DNA from: an uncultured Planctomycetaceae bacterium
GTDB taxonomy: Bacteria; Planctomycetota; Planctomycetia; Pirellulales; PALSA-1355
Assembly (NCBI GenBank): GCA_963785305.1
Contig: CAWAUV010000008.1
Coordinates: 896,001 to 960,000 of the forward strand
Length of the DNA stretch: 64,000 nt
Reading direction: 5' to 3'
Position numbers and translations under genes: made by a program. The notes under the pieces were generated by a model. It was not told where the DNA came from. It was given only the letters and a program-made list of their open reading frames with translations, and did not search any database. Below, piece after piece: positions 35,903 through 45,664 of the stretch. Positions within the stretch are counted from its first letter, which is position 1; every line of letters begins with the position of its first letter.

Positions 35903-36607
35903 ATGTCGCTCACCGATCTGTTTTTACGCGGCGCTTTTCTGGGGGCGGAATGGGTCCTCTGGCTGCTGGTGATGCTCAGCTTTCTCAGCGTGATGATCAT
36001 CGTCGAACGCGCGGTGTACTTCATGTCGCGGCGAGTGGATGTCGATCGGCTTTCGGCCGAGCTTCGCGCGACCCTGGCCGCCGGCAATCTCGAGGAAGCC
36101 CAGCGGCTGGTGGCGCACTCCCGGGCCATTGAGTGTCGCGTGATCGCGGCCGGTCTGGCCGCGCTCAGGCAAGGGCGCGGCGTGCATGCCGTGAGCGAGA
36201 CGATGCTCAGCGTCAAGGCGCGCGAGCGGCTGCGGCTCGAGCAATTTCTGCCGGTGCTCGGCACCCTGGGCAGCAACGCGCCGTTTGTCGGCCTGTTTGG
36301 CACCGTGCTCGGCATTATCAAAGCGGCTCACGACATGGGCCAGGCTCAAGCCGCCCAGCAAGGCGCGGCCAACGCGGTGATGGCCGGCGTGTTCGAGTCG
36401 CTCGTGGCCACGGCCGTGGGCCTGTTCGTGGCGATTCCGGCGATCGTGGCATTTAACTATTTCCAGCGCCGGGTGCGCGGTTCGCTTGGCCGAGCCGATG
36501 TGCTCGCGCATCTCTTGCTCTCGATGATGAAGCCCGAGCAAGCGCCGCCGCCGCGTTTGCCCAAGAGCGTGGGCCCCAAGCCGGTGGAGGCGCCGCATGG
36601 CCGGTAG
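35903..36607 (+). CDS. exbB: MotA/TolQ/ExbB proton channel protein
   Basis: LGTLGSNAPFVGLFGTVLGII, ESLVATAVGLFVAIPA. Confidence 0.9.
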   Translation: MSLTDLFLRGAFLGAEWVLWLLVMLSFLSVMIIVERAVYFMSRRVDVDRLSAELRATLAAGNLEEAQRLVAHSRAIECRVIAAGLAALRQGRGVHAVSETMLSVKARERLRLEQFLPVLGTLGSNAPFVGLFGTVLGIIKAAHDMGQAQAAQQGAANAVMAGVFESLVATAVGLFVAIPAIVAFNYFQRRVRGSLGRADVLAHLLLSMMKPEQAPPPRLPKSVGPKPVEAPHGR

Positions 36608-37040
36608 CGCGGGCGGATATGCCGACGAAGGCGAAGACGCCCTGATCACGGATATCAATGTCACGCCGCTGGTCGATGTGGTGTTGGTGCTGCTGATCGT
36701 GTTCATGATCACGATGCCCACGATTGTGCGCAACGACGCGCTCAAGGAGCGGGAAATGAGCGTTGTGTTGCCGCAGGCGAGCGAAGCGGCGCCGCTCTCG
36801 GCCAAGCCCAAGGAACTGTATGTAAATGTCGACGCCGACGGCCACTATAAGGTGCGAGGCAAACCACAGTCCGAGGCCGAGCTCGCCACGATTCTCGCTC
36901 AAGCCCAGGCCGACAATCCCGGCCGCGCCGCGGTGAAGATTCGGGCCGACCGCCATTGCCGCTGGCAGTTTGTCGTCACGGTGATGAATCTTTGCAACAA
37001 GGCCAAGATTCGCGATTACCAGGTGATGACCGCCGACTGA
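36597..37040 (+). CDS. exbD: ExbD/TolR biopolymer transport protein
   Basis: DINVTPLVDVVLVLLIVFMI, IRAD. Confidence 0.92.
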   Translation: MAGSAGGYADEGEDALITDINVTPLVDVVLVLLIVFMITMPTIVRNDALKEREMSVVLPQASEAAPLSAKPKELYVNVDADGHYKVRGKPQSEAELATILAQAQADNPGRAAVKIRADRHCRWQFVVTVMNLCNKAKIRDYQVMTAD

Positions 37041-37401
37041 TGTCGGAGCGGCGAGGATGGCGCCTGTCGACCGCGCCAGCGCCGAGCACAGCGCGTCGCC
37101 GGCTCGCAAAATAGCGACCTGGGTCGTTATTTAAACAGCTCGCTGTCCTTCGCCGGCGCTTCAGGCTTGCGTGGGGGGGCTGTCGCGAGGCGCCGGAATG
37201 CAACGGACCAAGGCTCGCCATGAGCCCGCTGGCCACGAATCGGCATTTTCTGCTCTGGGCGCCGCCCGCCGGCTGGGCGTATGCTTACCGCCCGCCAAGC
37301 GGTCCATCGCTCGCTCGCGCCCGATATGGCGGGCACTCGTTTTTCCCAAGGAACCGGTCGGCAATCGACCGCCCCGCCGCGCGAGGCGCCTTCCAATGCA
37401 T

Positions 37402-38260
37402 ATGAACCCATCGCGATTTCGATCCATCGCCCGTTGGCTGGCCTTCTTGCCGATCGCGCTCGCGGTGCTTTGGCTCTGCCGGCTCGCGGGCGCCGCGGCC
37501 GAGAATTCCGCTGGCGGCTCGCTCGACGCGGCCCCCTTCGAGGAACTGGTGCGCGACTTGATCCTCCGCGAGCTGAAAGAAAAATACCAGGATCAACATC
37601 ACTGGGGCCAAACCAAGAAGATCGAGCGAACCCAAGTTCGCGGAAAATGGTTCGAGCCGCGATTGGAAACGAAGACCGTCGAGGTGAACGATGGGCTCTG
37701 GCAGCGCGTGGAAGTGACGCTCGTCGAGCCCGAGAAAAACTTCGCCGTGGCCCTCGGCGCCATTCCCACCGCCGCGGGCGCCACGCAGCGCGTTTTCACT
37801 GACCCTACAAGCCAAGATCGCCGGCGATGCCCGCGTCGAACGCTGGCGCGCCGGAGTGAAGGGGCTCAATGTCGATGTGCGCTTCGACGCCACGGTTCGC
37901 GTGCGCGTCGACACGCAACTGGCCCTCCGCTTTCCCGAGGGTCAAGTGCTCAGCGACATCGAGATCGATCCCAAGATCACGCATGTGCAACTCGACTTGA
38001 TCGACTTCGAGCTGCGGAAAGTCGGCGTGATCGGCCGCGATCTGGCCCGGGAACTCAGCGGCCCGCTCAAGCCGGTCGTCGAGCACGAGCTCAAGCGCCG
38101 CGAGCCGCGGATCGCCGACAAGATCAACGCCGCGATCGACAAGCGCCGCGATCGGCTCCGGTTCTCGCCCGACAAATACTTGGCGTCGGGCTGGACGAAA
38201 TTGGCCGGCGCCCTGGGCGGTTCGTCGGATAAAGCCGGCGATAAGAAGCCATCGCCTTGA
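37402..38260 (+). CDS. secreted hypothetical protein (frameshift near 37800)
   Basis: Signal/TM segment, YQDQHHWGQTK..VNDGLW, continues in ORF 37856-38260. Confidence 0.65.
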
Positions 38261-38309
38261 ACATCGGGACCACGAGCGCCGCGTGACGTGAACGTGTTCG
38301 TCGGCGGGC

Positions 38310-38439
38310 GCCATGCCCAACCACGCCTCCGAGCGGGGCACGTTTTCAAGCGCAACGCACGGGAGCTCATGCCCACGCGGGGCGGCGAGGACATGGCATG
38401 CGAATCCAAGGCGTCATGCGAACCGTGACCATGCGCTAG
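38310..38439. repeat. degenerate copy of the CTAG-bounded REPIN/MITE-like element
   Basis: GCCATGCCCA.., CATGCCCACGC..CATGGCA and a terminal ..CCGTGACCATGCGCTAG overlapping the stop of the adjacent minus-strand gene. Confidence 0.55.
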
Positions 38440-39390
38440 CCTTGAAAATGCGCGTAGCTTTTGCGACACGGCGCCGCCGAGTTTCGCGAGCAATGCGCGG
38501 GGCGGTTGTCGCGATGCATCGCGAGACCGGGGAATCGGGTCTGTTCGACTCCGCATTGGTCCGGGCCCCAAGGCGAAGCCACGGGCGCCAAAATCCGCGC
38601 CACGGCCACCCGACCGATCTGCTCGTGTCCACTGGCCACGAGGCGCTCGACCAGCATGCGTGCCTCGGCCAGATTGCGCGGCCAAGGGTAGCCGCGGAGC
38701 CACTCGCGAGCTGCGGGGGATAGAGTGACCACGCGCTTTGAACCGCTATCTTCTCGCAGGAGCTCATCGTGCAGCATGTGGTCGACAAGCTGCTCGACTT
38801 CGTCGGCCCGCTCCGCGAGCGCGATGAGCTGCAAATGTCCGGCCCCTCGCAATGTCGCGGCGATCCGCGGATCGCCGAGCAAACAAGCGACCGCGGGATC
38901 CAGCGCGGCAAAGGCCCGGAGGCCATCGGCCGGCAGTTCGCGGCGGGTGGTGAGAATGACCCGGGCCGCGAAGGGCACGCGTTCCTTGGTTCCGAGCGGC
39001 GTCACGTGGCGCTCGCCGAGAGCGCGAACAAGGTCGCGAAGCGCGGCGGAACCGAGTTGGTCGACATTTTCGAAGACGACCGTGCCTTGGCCAGCCGCCC
39101 GCAGCGCCGCCGAAGGCGGCGCCCACTCCGCGCACCAAGCCATGGGCCCCGTGCCCAAAAGCTTCGCCAAAAAAGAGCGTTCCAGGAAGCCGAGCACAAT
39201 CAACCACGATCAGCGGTTGCTGGCGGCGAGAAGAGATATGGTGCAGCGCCGCGGCTAGATACGACTTTCCCGCGCCCTCGGGCCCGCTCACCAGGAGGGG
39301 CGCCTCGCTCTGGGCGACGGCTTCCGCCTGCCGGCGCAAAGCCGGGCCGCAGGCGGCGAGGTCGTTGGTTTTGCCCGCGAAGCTGCTCAT
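38436..39390 (-). CDS. degenerate sigma-54-interaction (bEBP-like) AAA+ protein, no GAFTGA and no obvious HTH (frameshift near 39180)
   Basis: LLVSGPEGAGKSYLAAALH, VVDCA, GTVVFENVDQL, ARVILTT, YPWPRNLAE. Confidence 0.75.
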
Positions 39391-39466
39391 TGGCGTGAGA
39401 CCTGAACCCAGTAACGAATCGAACAAAACGCCGCGCGACCATCGAGAGCCGCGAACACCCAAAGGA

Positions 39467-40723
39467 TCAATACACCGGCTTCGCCACTCGAATTCCGTAT
39501 TTGCGAATCTTGCGAGCCAGCAACTTGCGATCGATGCCCAGCAGCCTCGCGGCCGCGGCTTGATTGAAATTCGTCTGTCCGAGCGTGCGGCGAATGTGAT
39601 CTCGCTCCACTTCGGCCAAGGTCAACCAACCATCGGCCCGGCCGGCTCGCGGGTCTTCGTCTTCGAGCGACGATCGCGCCGCGTCGAAGGCGTCGGCAAA
39701 GTCGGCGTCGCGAAGTTCATCGACCGGAGGAAGATCGCGGACCATTGCCGTGGGGAATCGAACGATCCCGTCGCGAGCGTCGTCGCCGAGGCCGGTCAGC
39801 CGATCGATCAATCGCTCGGCAGCCGACATCTCGCTTCCCATATCGCTGTTCGCCGCGGCGTGATTCGTGTTCGACGGTTCCGCGGCGGAGGCGCTGGTCT
39901 CGCGCATCTTCGCGGCGACCGCTTCTTGCACCTGCGGAAAACATTCGGGGCCCAGCACCGGCGCCAGGCCGGGCTTGGCCGACTCGGCAAACACCACCGC
40001 TCGCTCGATCAGGTTTTCAAGCTCTCGGATATTGCCGGGCCAATCATGGAGTTCCAAAAGCAGCAGCGCGGCGGGCGAAAGCTCCGCGAGCGGCAATCCG
40101 TTTTCAATCGATGCCTTGGCAATGAAATGTTGCGCCAAGATGCCGATATCGCCGCGCCGATCGGCCAGCGCCGGTGTCTCGATCGACACGACATTCAGCC
40201 GATAGAACAGGTCCAAGCGGAATCGACCGCTGGCCACGGCCGCTTCCAAATTTCGATTCGTCGCCGCCACGATTCGCACATCGACCGGCACTCCCTCGTG
40301 ACTGCCCACGGGCGAGACCTTGCGCTCTTGCAACGCTCGCAGAAGCTTGGATTGCAACTCGAGATCGAGCTCGCCGATTTCATCGAGAAACAACGTGCCG
40401 CCATCGGCCGCCCGGAAACAACCCAACGCATTACTCGCGGCGCCGGTAAACGCGCCTTTGATGTGTCCAAAGAGTTGACTCGCGAACAAGCCCGCTGGAA
40501 GCGCTGCGCAATTGACCGGAATAAACGGCTTCTCGCCGCGCGCGCTGTGCGTATGAATCGCGCGGGCCACGAGTTCCTTGCCGGTGCCGCTTGGTCCATG
40601 GATCAACACATTGAACCGGCCATTCGCGATGCGAAGTATGCGCTCGCGCACTGCGCGCATCTCATTCGAATTGCCGATGAGGTGATCGAGGCCCACTTTG
40701 CTAGTGTGCGTGGAAGCAGCCAT
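39467..40723 (-). CDS. sigma-54-dependent Fis-family activator lacking an N-terminal sensor domain
   Basis: GPSGTGKELVARAIH, LFGHIKGAFTGA, GGTLFLDEIGEL, FRLDLFYRLNVV, WPGNIRELEN, HTH NQAAAARLLGIDRKLL. Confidence 0.95.
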   Translation of the reverse strand: MAASTHTSKVGLDHLIGNSNEMRAVRERILRIANGRFNVLIHGPSGTGKELVARAIHTHSARGEKPFIPVNCAALPAGLFASQLFGHIKGAFTGAASNALGCFRAADGGTLFLDEIGELDLELQSKLLRALQERKVSPVGSHEGVPVDVRIVAATNRNLEAAVASGRFRLDLFYRLNVVSIETPALADRRGDIGILAQHFIAKASIENGLPLAELSPAALLLLELHDWPGNIRELENLIERAVVFAESAKPGLAPVLGPECFPQVQEAVAAKMRETSASAAEPSNTNHAAANSDMGSEMSAAERLIDRLTGLGDDARDGIVRFPTAMVRDLPPVDELRDADFADAFDAARSSLEDEDPRAGRADGWLTLAEVERDHIRRTLGQTNFNQAAAARLLGIDRKLLARKIRKYGIRVAKPVY

Positions 40724-41039
40724 GTTCGTGCTCTCTTGCGAAAATCGCTCGGACAACTCGCGAAAATCAATCGCGATCACGAGTGCGGAGTCGAGCGCGA
40801 TTGTCGCTCGGCGCCCCGCTGAAAGCAAGCGATTTCAACGATTATTTTGACGGGCGACTAGAAGCCAGGGTCGCAAAATGAGAGCCATGCCTCGCCGACC
40901 CCAGATGACCATATCGCCGACGTTCGCTCGGGTCACGGTCGAGCCCCGGGCCCAGAAAGAAAAGACACCCATGAGGGTGGGTAATTCGCGGGGCGAAGCA
41001 TTCCACGCGGGTGCCCGGAAAGCTCCGGTCAACAGGCTG

Positions 41040-41918
41040 CTAGGCGGCCCGGCGGGCGGCTTGGAAGCTGGCTCGGCGAGCGTCGCCGCGCACAATCCGC
41101 AGGCTCTCCTGAAAATGCCGCTCGAGGGCCATGAATTTCTGGGCGTCGCCACCACGGTCGGGATGGGTCGCAAAAGCTAGTTGGCGAAATGCTCGCTTCA
41201 CCTCGTCTTCACTGCATCCGGCCACGAGTCCCAGCGCCGCGAGGGCCGCCGGCGTGGGACGAGGGGCGCCTTGGGAAAGCCCGCTAAAGAAAGTCCCGTC
41301 GATCATGCTTTCGGGGGCCGTGGGGCGAGCCTTTCGATGGACGCCGCGAGCGTCCCACGCCATGAACACCCCGCCCAAAAGCGGCATCAGCGTGAGCAGC
41401 GCGGCCCAAGTCATCGGCGCCGGAGCATGCTCTTTCGTCGCTGCCGGCGTCGGCGCGGCGGCTTGCGCTTCGGGCGCCTCGCCTTGCGCGCCATCGCCTC
41501 GCAGTGGCTGCGGTTCATGGGCCAGCTCCGTCAGATTGCCGTCGAACACCGAATCGGCCCCGGAATCCAAGCCCGAGCCGGCGAGACTCGATCCGGCCGA
41601 TCGCGAGACCGAAAGCCCGATATCGGCGCCGAGCGCCGAGCGGTGGGTGCTCGCGATGTTTTGAGCGTCGAGCACACCCCTCCAGGGCGCAGCGGTTGTT
41701 TCACCATCGCCCGAAAGGTCTCCAGCGACCGAGTGCTCCGCAAGCGAGCGAGCGTCGGGAACCCAAGGGCTCACGCTCGACACGACTCGGGGCGAATCCT
41801 CGACAGCCACGCTGGTAAACGACGCTTCGTCCGTCGGCATCGAAGCCGCGCGGACCGGAACCGCCACTCCGGCAAAAGTCAGGCTGATGACCGCCATGCC
41901 GAAGTTGGTGTATTTCAT
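41040..41918 (-). CDS. exported/membrane-anchored protein with C-terminal J-domain
   Basis: Signal peptide, low-complexity region, TM helix, then LGL....SEDEVKRAFRQLAFATHPDRGGDAQKF (HPD motif). Confidence 0.8.
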   Translation of the reverse strand: MKYTNFGMAVISLTFAGVAVPVRAASMPTDEASFTSVAVEDSPRVVSSVSPWVPDARSLAEHSVAGDLSGDGETTAAPWRGVLDAQNIASTHRSALGADIGLSVSRSAGSSLAGSGLDSGADSVFDGNLTELAHEPQPLRGDGAQGEAPEAQAAAPTPAATKEHAPAPMTWAALLTLMPLLGGVFMAWDARGVHRKARPTAPESMIDGTFFSGLSQGAPRPTPAALAALGLVAGCSEDEVKRAFRQLAFATHPDRGGDAQKFMALERHFQESLRIVRGDARRASFQAARRAA

Positions 41919-42045
41919 TGGCGTTCTCCTTATGCACGAAACTCAAAAAAATTCGGTGAAAATCGCACTATTTCGGGCCCGCTCGTTCCAGCGACCTTGG
42001 ATCGCTCGCGGCTCGGCTTATCGAACACTCACCAACAGTCCGCAA

Positions 42046-42420
42046 TCAGCAAGCGGCGCCGGCGCTCAACCACTCGGCTTGAAGCGGCTTGCTCAGATAC
42101 ATTTCGGCGCCGCTGCATCGGGCGCTGATCTCGTCTTCGGCCGAATAGCGGTCGCTGACCAAAATCACCGGCACGCCTGGATAGCGCCAGCGAAGCATGC
42201 TGAGCAGGTCGGGCCCGGCCATGTCGGGTAGTCGCATGTTGACCACCCACATATCGGGCCCCGCGGCCGGATCGCGACGCAGCGCCGCGCGGCCGGTGTC
42301 GAACACCGAGAGCTCGAAGCCCTCGGCGGTCGCCTCGCGAAGAATCTCGGAATAGTCCGAGCAACTCGAATCCACGACGAACACTCGCGTGGTGTTCTTT
42401 GCCGCCGAAACCATCATCAT
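42046..42420 (-). CDS. single-domain atypical response regulator (pseudo-receiver)
   Basis: RVFVVDSS..., VVNMRLPDMAG (Asn at the phospho-Asp position), VPVILVS, YLSKPL. Confidence 0.85.
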   Translation of the reverse strand: MMMVSAAKNTTRVFVVDSSCSDYSEILREATAEGFELSVFDTGRAALRRDPAAGPDMWVVNMRLPDMAGPDLLSMLRWRYPGVPVILVSDRYSAEDEISARCSGAEMYLSKPLQAEWLSAGAAC

Positions 42421-42532
42421 GAGAATTGCCTTATGATCGTTTGCTTCCCCATGGGCTCGGGAAGCGGTGCGAACTCGGAAGCCTCGCGGCGATCACCCTG
42501 TCGTGCTCGCTTGACTTCTGGCATCGGGTAAA

Positions 42533-42548
42533 AGCAACGCATGTGCCG
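42533..42548 (-). promoter_or_regulatory. sigma-54 -24/-12 promoter
   Basis: Minus strand CGGCAC-ATGCG-TTGCT, about 113 bp upstream of the receiver gene. Confidence 0.75.
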
Positions 42549-42634
42549 AGAGGGCGAGCGCCCCTTGCAAACGCGACCTAAGTGCTGAAGGGCGCTAGAG
42601 AAGAAAATTCGCGAGATGCGGGCCGCAGGCGTCG

Positions 42635-42765
42635 GGGTGAAAAAGGCCCCGGAAGACGAGGGTCGAAATAACCAGACGCGGGGTCATTTTGACCCTGGAA
42701 AACAGGGCGAAAATGACGCAAAGCAGGGTCGTTTTGACCCTCGTCGCGCTGGGTCGAAACGACCC
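42635..42765. promoter_or_regulatory. array of six 15-bp palindromic boxes GGGTC-N5-GACCC (putative enhancer/UAS)
   Basis: Copies at 42635, 42660, 42681, 42705, 42726, 42751 (three with perfect arms); spacing 25/21/24/21/25 bp. Confidence 0.75.
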
Positions 42766-42892
42766 CGGGTTATTTGCCGATGGAGAAAGGCAGCGCACGC
42801 TCGAACGCCACGAGTCGGACTGCTTCGAAAGAGAGATGCTCGAAGCGCAATGAGAGAGCACATTCGCCCGGCGATATCGGGCGCCGGCGCTG

Positions 42893-44250
42893 TCAGCGGT
42901 CCGCTTGATCGGCCCGCGGAGCATCGCCCGGCGACATCACACACCGAAAGCCGGTGTGGCAGGAGCCGGTTTCGGTTTCCGTGCCGCGGCGAGCACGGGC
43001 CGGTAGCTCTCGCAATACGACTCGTGGCAGAGAAACGATCCGCCCCGCACCACGCGCTTGGGCACTCCCGGCTCGCTGGGATCGTAGCTGCGATTCGGTC
43101 CTTGCGGGTTGTCGGTCACGCCATCGCCGGCTCGCTGGCGGTATTCATCGGCCGAGTACCAGTCGGCACACCATTCCCACACATTGCCGGCCATGTCGAA
43201 GAGCCCATAGCCGTTGGGCGGAAACGCGCCGACCGGGGCTGTCGCCGCGAAGCCATCGGCGGCGGTGTTGTGATGCGGAAACTCGCCCTGCCAGATATTG
43301 GCGAGCCCGCGCCGGTCTTGCGAGCGAGCTGTCTTATCTTCCGGAAGCCCTTGCCCGTCTTGTGGAATGACGTCGACCGGCGACTCGTCGCCCCAGGCAA
43401 AGGCCTTACCCTCGAGGCCGCCCCGCGCGGCGAATTCCCATTCGGCCTCGGTCGGGAGCCGCTTCCCGGCCCAGTGCGCATAGGCTTCGGCGTCGGCCCA
43501 GGCGACTTGCACCACCGGGTAGTCGTCTCGCCCGGTGATCGAGGAGTCGGGCCCCTCGGGATGCCGCCAGTCGGCGCCCGGAACCCATCGCCACCATTGA
43601 CTTACGTCGCCCAGCGGCACTGGCCCCTGGGGCGGGGTAAAGACCAGGGCGCCGGGCACAAGTTGGCTATCGTCGGGTTTGGGAGTGCCGGGCGGGACCT
43701 GTTTTTTGATCTCCTCCCAATCCGGCTTGCGTTCGGCGACCGTGATATACGAGGTCGCGGCCACGAAGCGGGCAAACTCGGCGTTGGTCACTTCATGGGC
43801 GTCCATGAAAAACGGCGCCACGCGCACCCGATGCGGGGGCCGTTCATTGGGCCGATTGCGCGGGCCGGCGCCGCCCATCGTAAACTCGCCGCCGGGAATC
43901 CAGACCATGCCCGGCGGAGTGGCCACGCCCTCGGGCGGCGTCGCCACGGGACCTTGCGACACGGGACCTTGCGCCACGGGACCTTGCGACACGGTCGGAG
44001 TCGGCGATGCGGCCGGCTCGGCGGACGCGGCCGAAATCGACTTTGTGGGATCGCTTGGCGTGGTCGGGCCTGTTTCGGCGACATTCGCCGCCTGATACCG
44101 GTAGGCAAGCGCACCGGCGAGCAGTCCCACGGCCAAGGCCGCCGCCATCAGACCGCGGCGCCGGCCGCCTGGCGAATCCACTCTTGCCGGACTCTTTTCC
44201 GGTTGTCTCTGGCTAATGTCCGACTTTTTCACTTGCGCCTTGCTTGCCAT
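42893..44250 (-). CDS. formylglycine-generating enzyme (FGE-sulfatase/SUMF1) family protein; frameshift near 43000
   Basis: HEVTNAEF, WRHPEGP, RLPTEAEWEFAARGG, YGLFDMAGNVWEW, RGGSFLCHESYC; HTGFRCV in the shifted frame. Confidence 0.92.
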
Positions 44251-44577
44251 CGTGGACTACCTCAAGGTTTGGAGCCATAGGATTCCGAGCTGGCCCCATC
44301 TCCCGGATGGCTCCCGGCCGAGAAGCTTGCCATGCTTGCCAGCTCCGACGGATGCCGCCGACATTTTCGCTAGAGTCATCATAATGCGCCAATTCGATTT
44401 CCGCGCCCGGCGCGGTAAAAACGCGCCTTCGAGCCGGGCATCGCGCAATGGAAGCTCGCACCGAAGCCATCAACTAAAAAACCGCTCTACCCCGTTCTTT
44501 CTAGCAGGTGGTATGCTTGGCTTGACGGCGACGCGGGCGGCGCCCAGCGCGTGGTTCGTTTTCCCTTGGGTGATCTC

Positions 44578-45376
44578 ATGGCGACGATTTGTGACATGCC
44601 GACTTCCGACCGGAGCGACGAGCGCGCCACGGCCCCCCGACCGCCGGGCTCGGTGCTTGTGACGCTCGCCACTTACAACGAGCTCACGAACTTGCCGCGG
44701 CTCGTGGCCGAGATTTTCGAGGTTCTACCGCGGGCCGATGTGCTCGTGGTCGACGACAACTCGCCCGACGGCACTGGTCGCTGGTGCGACGAAGCGGCCC
44801 AGCAGTTCCCGCGGCTTGCTTGCCTCCACCGTCCTGGCAAGCAGGGCCTTGGCGCCGCGACGATCGCCGCGATGCGCTATGCGATCGACCACGGCTACGA
44901 GTTCATGCTCAACATGGATGCCGATCATAGCCACGCCCCGCGCGTATCTGCCCGACCTCTTGGCCGGCATGGAAGGCGCGCCGGGCGAGCGGCCGTTGGA
45001 TGTGATGATCGGCTCGCGCTATGTGCGCGGCGGCGGCGTCGAGGGCTGGCCGCTCTCGCGCTATCTGATGAGTTGGAGCGTGAATCAATATGCCCGCCGA
45101 GTGCTGTTCTTGCCGACGCGCGATTGCAGCGGCGCCTATCGCTGTTACCGCACGACCATGCTGAAAAAGGTCGACTTCGCCCAGGTGCGCGGGCTCGGCT
45201 ATTCGTTTCAAGAAGAAATTCTCTGGCATTTGGCTCGCGCCGGGGCGACCTTTGGCGAAACCCCGATCACATTCGTCGACCGACGCCATGGCGAATCCAA
45301 GGTCGATGGCCGCGAAGCCCTGACAACGCTCGCGGCCCTCTTGCGGCTGGGCCTGACGAGCCTCGTTAAAAGCTAG
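44578..45376 (+). CDS. polyprenol monophosphomannose synthase-like GT2 (frameshift near 44940)
   Basis: TYNE, VVDDNSPDGTG, MDADHSH, IGSRYVRGGG, DCSGAYRCY, GYSFQEE. Confidence 0.9.
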
Positions 45377-45515
45377 CGTATCTTCAACGCACGCTTTTGG
45401 AATCGGTGTGCCATGCCCACGCTCGCGTGGGCATGCTTGGTTGACCACCGCGCAAAGACATGCCCACGCAAGCGTGGGCATGGCACGGCAATTTCAAGCC
45501 GTGACAAAGCACTGG
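45373..45515. mobile_element. REPIN/MITE-like element
   Basis: Starts at the CTAG of the GT2 stop; two ATGCCCACGC-N2-GCGTGGGCAT palindromes; ends ATTTCAAGCCGTGACAAAGCACTGG, matching the family terminus. Confidence 0.75.
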
Positions 45516-45664
45516 CCCTCGCCCGTGAATCCGTGAAGTACAGTTTCACTGCGTCGCGCTCCCGCGCGCATGTTCTCCCCTGCTTTATCGCGTCGTCGTG
45601 ACCTCCGTGGTGAAATGTCCTCGCCTTCAAGGCATCCAGCGCCAAGCCCTCGCGGTCCACGATC

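Noticed and set aside
42635..42765. CRISPR array
   Set aside because: Units are only 15 bp with 6-10 bp gaps, and there are no cas genes; better explained as protein-binding sites
43948..43993. 15-bp x3 repeat in the FGE gene
   Set aside because: In-frame linker repeat (V-S/A-QGP) with no further significance apparent
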